A program made the position numbers and the translations under genes. A DNA stretch of 64,000 nucleotides from a virus, in IMG/VR virus record IMGVR_UViG_3300030104_002385, positions 28,750-92,749 of that record, one strand, 5' to 3'. Numbering within the stretch: the stretch's first letter is position 1; the number at the start of each line of letters is the position of its first letter. This document shows positions 56,474-64,000 of the stretch, in pieces. Below the pieces are notes generated by a model. That model did not search any database, was not told the origin of the DNA, and saw only the letters and a list, made by a program, of their open reading frames with translations.

Positions 56474-56967
56474 ACATTTTTGTGACTGACCCCGACCCTA
56501 TTGTATCAGCACAAGTATTACCTGACAAACATGTAGTCAAGATGCCATTAGAAACATGTCAAATGCTTTCTATTGTTGCATGTCAAGACTGGGGTCACAA
56601 CTTTGGTTTATTACCAAAGAAAGGCGGTGGTTTTTATGCTACTGCTAAGGGTGCATTTCGTAATCACCCTTGTACAATATGGGCACAGAGTAACTTTCGT
56701 TGGTTAATAGCACATGGTCTTGCACTATGTGCTGAGTATACACACCGTTACAATAAAGTACATAGTTGCGAATATACGCTAGACTATGCTGACAATCTAT
56801 TTCCTGGTTGTCCTTCTCCTGTATCCTTTACACGAGCTATGCCTGATGAGTATAAACATGACACAAGCATTGACACTTTTACTGCTTACAAAAATTACAT
56901 TAGCAGCAAACCTTGGGTTGCAGATAATTATCTACGTGACCCATCCAGAAAACCAGATTGGTTATGA
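56470..56967 (+). CDS. Pyrimidine-dimer DNA glycosylase-like protein
   Basis: 'MNIF...DP..SAQ.LPDKHVVKMPLE..QML', 'NHPCTIW', 'L..EYT.RY.K.H'. Confidence 0.7.
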   Translation: MNIFVTDPDPIVSAQVLPDKHVVKMPLETCQMLSIVACQDWGHNFGLLPKKGGGFYATAKGAFRNHPCTIWAQSNFRWLIAHGLALCAEYTHRYNKVHSCEYTLDYADNLFPGCPSPVSFTRAMPDEYKHDTSIDTFTAYKNYISSKPWVADNYLRDPSRKPDWL

Positions 56968-57203
56968 TTGATAATGATGTGAAGATCACTATCAACCTTA
57001 ACAAGTTGGTAGAGGCAAGAGCAAAACTTCAAACTCAATATGGAGACTATTCTGAAAAGATAGTAAGGGGTGTGTTCCTTAATGGAGATGATATAGGTAA
57101 CATAGCATCTAAATTAAGAGATACATTGACTTGGGAAAGTTTGTATAGTATGATCGATAAGGAAGTTTTAGAATACGTGACCCATCAAGATAATAAACTA
57201 TGA
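56964..57203 (+). CDS. Hypothetical protein
   Basis: ATGA-coupled at both ends. Confidence 0.6.
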   Translation: MIDNDVKITINLNKLVEARAKLQTQYGDYSEKIVRGVFLNGDDIGNIASKLRDTLTWESLYSMIDKEVLEYVTHQDNKL

Positions 57204-58141
57204 GTGATTTTTTATGGGTAGAGAAGTATAGACCTCAGAAAGTTGAGGACTGTATACTTCCTACAGATGTGAAGAAGACCTTCCAGAGTTTTATAGAGCA
57301 AGGAGAGATACCAAATCTTCTACTCTCTGGGACTGCTGGTGTAGGTAAGACAACTATTGCAAAGGCATTATGTAATGAATTAGGAGTAGATAGTTATGTC
57401 ATTAATGGGTCTGATGAAGGTAGATTCTTGGACACTGTTCGCAATCAGGCAAAATCCTTTGCTAGTACTGTTTCTCTTACATCTAGCAGTCGTCACAAAG
57501 TTCTCATTATTGATGAAGCAGATAATACAACACCAGATGTCCAACTCCTCTTACGTGCGTCGATTGAGGAATTCCAAAAGAATTGTAGGTTCATATTCAC
57601 GTGTAACTTTAAGAATAAAATAATAGAACCGTTACATAGTAGAACAACAGTAATTGATTTTAATGTTCGTGGAAAAACAAAACAACAACTTGCAGCAGAA
57701 TTCTTTACTAGATGTAGAGAGATCCTTACAGCAGAGAAAGTTGAGTATAACTCATCAGTTCTTGTTGAAGTTATACAGAAGTATTTTCCAGACTTCAGAA
57801 GAACCATCAATGAACTACAACGCTATAGCTCCACGGGATCAATCAATACGGGCATCCTGGCAACGCTGAATGATGCTAATGTTGATAATCTAGTAACCTT
57901 TCTTAAAGAGAAAAAGTTTAATGATGTTAAAAAATGGGTAACTCAAAATATAGATAGTGATGCAACTTCTATTATGAGAAAGTTGTATGATAGTCTAGCA
58001 GGTTCAATGACTGGTGCTAGTGTTGCTGCAGCAGTTCTCATTATTGCTGAGTATCAATACAAGGCTGCCTTTGTTGTAGATCAAGAGATTAATTTACTTG
58101 CTTGCTTAACTCAATTGATGTTGGAATGTGAATTTAAATGA
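57200..58141 (+). CDS. gp44: Clamp loader large subunit gp44
   Basis: 'LWVEKYRP', 'GTAGVGKTT', 'IIDEAD', 'PLHSR', 'FPDFRR'. Confidence 0.96.
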   Translation: MSDFLWVEKYRPQKVEDCILPTDVKKTFQSFIEQGEIPNLLLSGTAGVGKTTIAKALCNELGVDSYVINGSDEGRFLDTVRNQAKSFASTVSLTSSSRHKVLIIDEADNTTPDVQLLLRASIEEFQKNCRFIFTCNFKNKIIEPLHSRTTVIDFNVRGKTKQQLAAEFFTRCREILTAEKVEYNSSVLVEVIQKYFPDFRRTINELQRYSSTGSINTGILATLNDANVDNLVTFLKEKKFNDVKKWVTQNIDSDATSIMRKLYDSLAGSMTGASVAAAVLIIAEYQYKAAFVVDQEINLLACLTQLMLECEFK

Positions 58142-58638
58142 CACCGAAAAAATGGTTCCCTCAAGTTAGAAATGGTGGGAGTTATATACTTACTGAGATT
58201 GATATTACAAAATCAAAAAAATGTAAACAGTGTGGAGAAATAAAAACTTTAGATTTGTTTAGAGTAGAAAGAAAAAGATGTACTGATGGAACTACCAATA
58301 CATGTAAGAAGTGTTATAGTAGAAATCAAACTATAACAAATAAGATTAGAGAGGATGCAAAAAACTCTGGTAAACCTCTTCCAGATTTTTGTCAGTGTTG
58401 TGGAAAATATCTTCCTGATTTTACTGATGTGCATGCAGATCATATTAGATCTACAGAGGAACATAGAGGATGGTTATGTGCTGATTGTAATAGATCTATA
58501 GGAATGTTGGGTGATAATCTTGAAGGTGTTATGAATGCTGTACGATATTTGGAAGGTAATCCAAGAACTGAACCTAGAACAGAACGTATTAAAAAAATTG
58601 ATTTACCTAACCCACTTGAAAAAATCTTAGACATGTAG
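58138..58638 (+). CDS. Endonuclease VII-family (HNH-like) putative homing endonuclease
   Basis: N-terminal CxxC...CxxC, then 'CQCCG', 'HADH', 'RGWLC..CN..IG.LGDN'. Confidence 0.8.
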   Translation: MTPKKWFPQVRNGGSYILTEIDITKSKKCKQCGEIKTLDLFRVERKRCTDGTTNTCKKCYSRNQTITNKIREDAKNSGKPLPDFCQCCGKYLPDFTDVHADHIRSTEEHRGWLCADCNRSIGMLGDNLEGVMNAVRYLEGNPRTEPRTERIKKIDLPNPLEKILDM

Positions 58639-58644
58639 TATAAT
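58616..58644 (+). promoter_or_regulatory. Sigma70-like promoter
   Basis: TTGAAA-N17-TATAAT upstream of ORF 58665. Confidence 0.65.
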
Positions 58645-58664
58645 ATCGATAGACTAATTATATT

Positions 58665-58907
58665 ATGACTAATTCTTATCCGACACCACCATTACCTGAA
58701 TGGGGTTCAAGAAAACAAAAACAAAGAGCACAAGTTAAATCTAGATTTTATTATCTTTTCTGGGGTGTAGCTACTGTATCTGTTTTAGCAGGACAACTTT
58801 ATGTTGGTTCTGGTTATCGTCAAATGGCAAGATCATTTAATCGTATAATGGATGCCATAGTTGTTGAAGTAGAAAGAGGGATCGGATCAGGACCAAGGTA
58901 CTATTGA
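58665..58907 (+). CDS. Single-TM hypothetical protein
   Basis: 'RAQVKSRFYYLFWGVATVSVLAGQLYVGSGYR'. Confidence 0.65.
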   Translation: MTNSYPTPPLPEWGSRKQKQRAQVKSRFYYLFWGVATVSVLAGQLYVGSGYRQMARSFNRIMDAIVVEVERGIGSGPRYY

Positions 58908-59086
58908 TGAGACTAACACAAGAAGTAATTGACAAAATCCAAGTTGCAATGCAACACACCAAAATGAATGGTGATGTTAATTGGGTGGATGGTGATGAGA
59001 TTGATGTGTGTCTTGGTGGTACATTTGCTGGAGATAAGTTCATAGCAATTCATAACAGAACAAGAAGTAACACAACAAAAAAATAA
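58907..59086 (+). CDS. Hypothetical protein
   Basis: Coupled ORF; 'GDVNW.DGDEIDVCLGGTFAGDKFI'. Confidence 0.65.
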   Translation: MRLTQEVIDKIQVAMQHTKMNGDVNWVDGDEIDVCLGGTFAGDKFIAIHNRTRSNTTKK

Positions 59087-59157
59087 TGTGGTATGTTATA
59101 GGGTGGACAATAGTAACACTTTGGTTACTATCTAAGTTAGGTGTATTTAAGAAGTGA
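59086..59157 (+). CDS. Tiny hydrophobic peptide (23 aa)
   Basis: MWYVIGWTIVTLWLLSKLGVFKK*; TAATG and GTGA coupling. Confidence 0.45.
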   Translation: MWYVIGWTIVTLWLLSKLGVFKK

Positions 59158-59288
59158 AAACCTTAGAGGATTATTTCTTTATTGGATTGATATTATTGGA
59201 AGAGTTTCTTAAAAGAACTCTAATTGGTGTATATTACATATGGCAAAAATTTGATTACTGGAACTTTAATCGCAGATTACCTAAATGA
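59154..59288 (+). CDS. Small hypothetical protein (44 aa)
   Basis: GTG start overlapping the previous stop; stop overlaps the dam ATG. Confidence 0.5.
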   Translation: MKTLEDYFFIGLILLEEFLKRTLIGVYYIWQKFDYWNFNRRLPK

Positions 59289-60112
59289 AATCATTGAAAA
59301 CCCCTCTTCGTTATCCTGGTGGTAAGTCTCGTGCTATCACAAAGATGTCACGCTTCTTACCAGATATGAATAAGTATAAAGAGTATAGAGAACCTTTCCT
59401 TGGAGGTGGTTCTGTTGCTTTATACATTACAAAAACTTATCCTCATTTAGAGGTATGGGTTAATGACTTGTATGAACCTTTAGCAAACTTTTGGCAACAA
59501 CTACAACACGAACCAGATGAAATTACGACCAGGCTCAAAATCTTTAAAACAAAATACCCAACCCCAGATAGAGCACGTGAACTTTTTCTGGAAAGTAAAG
59601 AATTGGTTAACGATGAGGGAGCCAGTCTCGTTACCCGTGCTGTTAGTTTTTATATTGTTAATAAGTGTTCTTTCAGTGGTCTTACCGAATCGAGTTCCTT
59701 CTCCAAACAAGCCTCAGACAGTAACTTTAGTTTACGAGGGATAGAAAAGTTACCAGCATATTCGGTGGTGATACAGAACTGGGTTATAACTAATCTATCT
59801 TATGATAGGATGTTGACTGATGATAAAGGAATATTTACTTATCTAGATCCTCCTTATGAGATTGGAGATAAACTCTATGGTAAGAAAGGTGATCTACATA
59901 AGTACTTTGACCATGATCATTTTGCAGAAGATTGTGATAGACAAACTAACCATCAAATGATATCATACAATAGTAGTCAGGTGATTAAAGATCGCTTTAA
60001 AGACTGGAACGCTGCTGAGTTTGATTTAACTTATACTATGCGTAGTACAGGTGACTACATGAAAGAACAGCAAGAACGCAAAGAACTTGTCTTAACTAAC
60101 TATGCCATATGA
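59285..60112 (+). CDS. dam: DNA adenine methyltransferase (Dam/D12 class)
   Basis: 'LRYPGGKS', 'EPFLGGGSV', 'YLDPPY'. Confidence 0.9.
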   Translation: MKSLKTPLRYPGGKSRAITKMSRFLPDMNKYKEYREPFLGGGSVALYITKTYPHLEVWVNDLYEPLANFWQQLQHEPDEITTRLKIFKTKYPTPDRARELFLESKELVNDEGASLVTRAVSFYIVNKCSFSGLTESSSFSKQASDSNFSLRGIEKLPAYSVVIQNWVITNLSYDRMLTDDKGIFTYLDPPYEIGDKLYGKKGDLHKYFDHDHFAEDCDRQTNHQMISYNSSQVIKDRFKDWNAAEFDLTYTMRSTGDYMKEQQERKELVLTNYAI

Positions 60113-60500
60113 TGATCGGTATCCTCTTAAGGATTACCTGAACAGTATTAATAACAATAAGGAAAATCTTATGCAAGATGATCCTGGTTGGGAAAAGAAT
60201 TATCCTCCTTATGTCATTAACAAATGTATGTCACATCATATGGACACACTAGCATTTGCTAATGAGATGAATCGGTATCCTAACTTGGATAAGAAATTAC
60301 AATATTCGTTTTATCTAAATACAGTGAGACCTAAGAGGAGATATTCTCCTTGGGGTAAAAAGGAAAAGGTGAAAGATCTTGAATGCATTAAATCATACTA
60401 TGGTTATAGTAATGAAAAAGCCAAACAAGCATTAGGGATTTTATCTCCAGACCAACTTAACTACATCAAAGAAAAACTGAATAAAGGAGGTAAGAGATGA
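60102..60500 (+). CDS. gp62: Clamp loader small subunit gp62
   Basis: 'YLNSIN', 'YPPYVINK', 'ANEMN', 'YYGYSNEKA'; upstream of regA. Confidence 0.9.
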   Translation: MPYDDRYPLKDYLNSINNNKENLMQDDPGWEKNYPPYVINKCMSHHMDTLAFANEMNRYPNLDKKLQYSFYLNTVRPKRRYSPWGKKEKVKDLECIKSYYGYSNEKAKQALGILSPDQLNYIKEKLNKGGKR

Positions 60501-60919
60501 ATGAAGTCGAAGTCCAGTGGACTAAAGATGATATGGTGGAGGTGAATTTAAAGGAGCCTGATGATTTCCTTAAAGTTCGTGAAACTCTTACACGTATTGG
60601 TGTTGCTTCTCGTAAAGAAAAGAAGTTGTATCAATCTTGTCATATCCTTCATAAGAAGGGACAGTATTACATAGTACATTTTAAAGAATTATTTGCTCTT
60701 GATGGTAAGAAAGCAAATCTATCTGAGAATGATGTACAAAGAAGAAATAGAATAGTTAAACTTCTATCTGATTGGGGTCTAGTACAGATCGTTAAAGAGG
60801 AATCTATATCTGAAGCAGCACCGCTTAGTCAGATAAAAGTGATCGCTTATAAAGAAAAAAGCGAATGGACTTTAGAGTCCAAATATAACATTGGTAAAAA
60901 AAAGCAAACGAATGAGTAA
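60497..60919 (+). CDS. regA: Translational repressor RegA
   Basis: 'PDDFLKVRETLTRIGVAS', 'LYQSCHILHK.G.YYIVHFKELF.LDG'. Confidence 0.96.
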   Translation: MNEVEVQWTKDDMVEVNLKEPDDFLKVRETLTRIGVASRKEKKLYQSCHILHKKGQYYIVHFKELFALDGKKANLSENDVQRRNRIVKLLSDWGLVQIVKEESISEAAPLSQIKVIAYKEKSEWTLESKYNIGKKKQTNE

Positions 60920-61574
60920 ACCTTTTGAAGTTGATGTACATGTTGAGTGGTTTCATTCACCTGGTTATCTATTAGCAGAAGTACCACCTGAAGTTCGGGA
61001 AGAAATTGAGGTGTCTATTCATAATATACAGAAAGATAAAAAGTTAGATGCAAGAGCAGGTCTGAAAGGACACCTTGCTGAAGAATATCATCTACCTATT
61101 ACACCAAAGATTTCTAGGTTGATGAGAACTTTGTCATATGAATATGAAAAACAATTTAAGTTTAAAGTAAATCATATGTCTCCTGTAAATGTTGACGAGT
61201 ATGATTTTGAATTACAAGGTTTGTGGATTAACTATCAAAAGAAGCATGATTTTAATCCTATTCATATTCACAATGGAGCATTCTCTTTTGTTATATGGGT
61301 TCAAATACCTTGGGATAATATAGATGTTGAGATGGCACAATATAAACCTAATGGTAATGAGACTGCTATGTTTTCCTTTAGGTATATCGATGCTATGGGG
61401 TTTCAAGCAGCAAAATATTTTCCTTTAGATAGTAGTTGGAATTGGAAGATGGCATTCTTTCCTGCTGGATTAAATCATTCTGTTAATCCATTTTACACTA
61501 CTGATGATTATCGCATTTCAATTTCTGGTAATGTTTTTGTAGTTCCAACTAAAGCAGATTTTCTTGATAAATAG
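60912..61574 (+). CDS. 2OG-Fe(II) oxygenase-like protein
   Basis: 'WINYQKKHDFNPIHIH', 'FSFVIW', 'FPA.LNHSV.PF', 'RISISGN'. Confidence 0.82.
   Translation: MSKPFEVDVHVEWFHSPGYLLAEVPPEVREEIEVSIHNIQKDKKLDARAGLKGHLAEEYHLPITPKISRLMRTLSYEYEKQFKFKVNHMSPVNVDEYDFELQGLWINYQKKHDFNPIHIHNGAFSFVIWVQIPWDNIDVEMAQYKPNGNETAMFSFRYIDAMGFQAAKYFPLDSSWNWKMAFFPAGLNHSVNPFYTTDDYRISISGNVFVVPTKADFLDK
61567..61573 (+). promoter_or_regulatory. Late promoter (ATAAATA)
   Basis: Upstream of ORF 61595. Confidence 0.6.
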
Positions 61575-61594
61575 AATGGCCTTGATGTATAAAA

Positions 61595-62023
61595 ATGCCT
61601 GAAGAAATAAAAGAAGAAGTAGTAGAAGAAGAAGTCAAAGAAGAAAAGAAAGGTTTCTTTGGCAAGGCAAAAGCCGCACTACTACCAGATGCTGACGAAC
61701 AAGCAGCAATCATCTCAACCGCAGTGAGAATAACCGTTCTTGCCTGGTCGGGTGGAATATTGACTCTTAATTATGTGGCGATTCCAGGTATACCACAACA
61801 AAAAATAGATCCAACTTTTATAGCTTCGGTTTTTACTGGAGTTTTAGCTAGCTTTGGAATTCAAACTGCATCTAAGAAAGGTGACGGTACTATGAAGATG
61901 AATGGTAATGGTAATGGTGGTGGTAACGGTGGTCCTACTCAGACTATTCGTATCGAACAAGCACCCCTAAAAATTATTGCTGTTGATCCTAACAGTAAAG
62001 ATAAGAAAACTTACGAATTATAA
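61595..62023 (+). CDS. Conserved cyanophage membrane protein (about 2 TM)
   Basis: 'VRITVLAWSGGILTLNYV', 'IDPTFIASVFTGVLASFGI'. Confidence 0.7.
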   Translation: MPEEIKEEVVEEEVKEEKKGFFGKAKAALLPDADEQAAIISTAVRITVLAWSGGILTLNYVAIPGIPQQKIDPTFIASVFTGVLASFGIQTASKKGDGTMKMNGNGNGGGNGGPTQTIRIEQAPLKIIAVDPNSKDKKTYEL

Positions 62024-62025
62024 TC

Positions 62026-62271
62026 ATGCAAAAACTAATCAATGTACTCGCTGTTGCGTCTGCTGTTGTATCTCTTGCCGTTGTTGGCACTGCTGGCTAC
62101 GTTTATGTACGCAAGGATGCAATAATAGAAAACATAAAAGAAAAAGCACTCGGAGGAATAGGTGGAGGACTAGTTGGTGGTGCTCTTACAGGAGACGTAG
62201 GATTGCCTATAGGAGGCGATGTATCTACTACTCCTAGTATGGGATTACCTGTTCCTGGATCACCTCTCTAA
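62026..62271 (+). CDS. N-terminally anchored small membrane protein
   Basis: 'MQKLINVLAVASAVVSLAVVGTAGYVYV..DAII'. Confidence 0.7.
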   Translation: MQKLINVLAVASAVVSLAVVGTAGYVYVRKDAIIENIKEKALGGIGGGLVGGALTGDVGLPIGGDVSTTPSMGLPVPGSPL

Positions 62272-62284
62272 GATTTAAATCATT

Positions 62285-62896
62285 ATGAACTTTGTGAAAA
62301 AGATTAGTAAGGGTAAATTTACACCCTTACTCAATCCTAAGACTGATGAATTTTATCAGTTAAAGAAATTAATTTTAGGAAAAACTTTTAACTGGCAGTA
62401 CCGTCCAGCATCAACTTATGGTGACATGGGACTGTTTGAGAAACAAACATATAAAAATGTTCCTTTTTATTCTCATTGCTTTTTAGCAAGACCTTGGGAT
62501 AAACGTTTCGCACCATCAGAAGAGTACGAAAATGAAACAAGGTACCCTAGAGTTATTGATTCAGATCTTATGCCATTGGTTAGCACTGTAATAGAGCAAA
62601 TCTTTCAGCATAATGTTTTAGAGATTGTAACTCTATTGAGAGTAAATGCTAATCAAGTTGAACCTCAACGTGAAATGGCACAGACATTCCCTCATGTAGA
62701 TCATCAATTTGATCACAGGAATATGTTAATATATTTTACAGATGCTGGTGGGGAAACTATTTTATATGATGATGATAAACAACCTCATATACATGATCCG
62801 AAAGAGGATGACATTGTAGCATTTGGTGGTAGTACACATCATCATGTAACTCCTAAAGATAATCGTAGAGTAGTATTGGTATTAACTTACATATAA
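62285..62896 (+). CDS. 2OG-Fe(II) oxygenase-like protein
   Basis: 'LR.NAN', 'PHVDH', 'LIY.TD.GGET', 'PKED....F.G..HH', 'RRVVLV'. Confidence 0.72.
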   Translation: MNFVKKISKGKFTPLLNPKTDEFYQLKKLILGKTFNWQYRPASTYGDMGLFEKQTYKNVPFYSHCFLARPWDKRFAPSEEYENETRYPRVIDSDLMPLVSTVIEQIFQHNVLEIVTLLRVNANQVEPQREMAQTFPHVDHQFDHRNMLIYFTDAGGETILYDDDKQPHIHDPKEDDIVAFGGSTHHHVTPKDNRRVVLVLTYI

Positions 62897-62898
62897 CT

Positions 62899-63156
62899 AT
62901 GGACATTCAAAAAGTAACATCAGGTGTAACAGCAGCAGCAGTCGTAGGGACTGGTGCATTTGTTGGTGGTGGTCACGTGATTGATCAGAATACTGGTGGT
63001 CCACAGAAACGTGAAGATGCTAAGATAGAAAGAATAAGAGAAGTAGTAAGAGAAGAAGTATATCTACAATTAATTAATGCTTGGCCACAAACTAGTGGTC
63101 CTGTTAAGGGATTGAAAGATCCTAAAGACTACAAAAATCAAATTCCTAAAAAATGA
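62899..63156 (+). CDS. Hypothetical protein with N-terminal hydrophobic segment
   Basis: 'GVTAAAVVGTGAFVGG...GGP..R'. Confidence 0.62.
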   Translation: MDIQKVTSGVTAAAVVGTGAFVGGGHVIDQNTGGPQKREDAKIERIREVVREEVYLQLINAWPQTSGPVKGLKDPKDYKNQIPKK

Positions 63157-63368
63157 ACTTATTAAACACATTCGCTGCTGCATCATTAGATCTTAATGAA
63201 GCTTGGAACATGTCATGGGGTGAAGGTATCCAGTTCCTACTGGTACTTACCTTTGTATATTGGTTGAAGGTTAAGATAGATGCAAGAGCAGGTCTTGGTA
63301 AAAAGAAACTAAGACAATTAAAGACTGTAATTAAAGAGGCGATAATAGAAGCAAATGGAACCAATTGA
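63153..63368 (+). CDS. Small single-TM protein
   Basis: 'EAWNMSWGEGIQFLLVLTFVYWLK', basic C-terminus. Confidence 0.62.
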   Translation: MNLLNTFAAASLDLNEAWNMSWGEGIQFLLVLTFVYWLKVKIDARAGLGKKKLRQLKTVIKEAIIEANGTN

Positions 63369-64000
63369 AGTACCTAATATTACTCTCCGTGGACTTGATA
63401 TACCTAACATAACAGTTAATGGTACTGGTATACCTTTGATTGGTAACTATGGTATAGGTATTAGACCCACTTATGTTTCAAACATACGGAATGTTAATAT
63501 TCGTGATACCCGTAATTGGTTAGCAAATCCACCACAGGCAGTTCCAATAGCTGTTCCAGTCACTGTTAATGCTGGTACACCTATTGTTGATATGCCTGGT
63601 TGTGTAACAGTACACAAAGAGAATGCTAAGAAGGATCCATCTACCAATAAGAATCTAGTAAACGATGATCCTAAAGGACAGACCACACTATGTGATGCTG
63701 GTATGCCCTACTACCAACCACCTGACTATGACTATAGAGAATTATTTTGGCAGACAATTAATACAGAACCTGATGAGGTTGATGAGGGTGTAGATACTAA
63801 TCCTGATGTAGATACAGATTTTGAGACACCTGGAACACCTGAGATACCAAGTACAGGTTCAGACGAGGTAGAGTGTCCTCCACCTAATGCTAGACGCATA
63901 GGTGATAGGAATCAGAAGGGTGATGAGCAAGTTAAAGAATATAAACTAACACCTGACGGTAAAATCTGTGAGACAATCTGGGAACCTATACCAGCAGTGG
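63355..64000 (+). CDS. Conserved cyanophage Pro/Cys-containing protein, 3'-truncated (not in ORF track)
   Basis: MEPIEVPNI...PVTVNAGTPIVDMPGCV...DDPKG..TLCDAGMP...; frame stays open to the window end. Confidence 0.7.
   Translation, partial: MEPIEVPNITLRGLDIPNITVNGTGIPLIGNYGIGIRPTYVSNIRNVNIRDTRNWLANPPQAVPIAVPVTVNAGTPIVDMPGCVTVHKENAKKDPSTNKNLVNDDPKGQTTLCDAGMPYYQPPDYDYRELFWQTINTEPDEVDEGVDTNPDVDTDFETPGTPEIPSTGSDEVECPPPNARRIGDRNQKGDEQVKEYKLTPDGKICETIWEPIPAV

Noticed and set aside
256-63686. Numerous minus-strand and alternate-frame ORFs in the ORF track (e.g. 21786-22355, 37835-38347, 54561-55178)
   Set aside because: They are shadows of well-supported + strand genes, with no recognisable motifs or independent signals.

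Overview
This is a 64 kb segment of an AT-rich T4-like cyanomyovirus genome. The host is most likely Prochlorococcus, inferred from pebS, a Prochlorococcus-like psaJ and several host-like small genes. Essentially all genes are on the + strand. In order: baseplate and tail-fibre module (end of a giant baseplate protein, gp9-like, YHYH-domain protein, gp8, VrlC-like, 2168-aa fibre); neck and tail genes gp13-gp16; an island of small ORFs including a PsbN-like gene; gp17-gp23; a host-like island (DUF2997/ycf35); gp3, uvsY, uvsW, gp55, gp47, gp46; an auxiliary block (lipoprotein, psaJ, purS, VWA-peptidase, pebS, pcyA, CobS-like AAA ATPase); gp45, gp44, an EndoVII-type endonuclease, dam, gp62, regA; and a late-promoter cluster of membrane proteins. 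I saw no tRNA, rRNA or CRISPR array. The main observations are: (1) a recursively nested ('matryoshka') five-fold domain insertion at the tail-fibre C-terminus; (2) amicyanin-type Cu-ligand motifs in two baseplate proteins; (3) a stand-alone psaJ missed by the ORF track, with its Chl-ligand Glu changed to Met; (4) overlapping divergent sigma70 promoters at gp55; (5) a shared palindromic promoter motif upstream of the VWA and AAA partner genes. All family assignments come from recalled motifs and synteny, not database searches.
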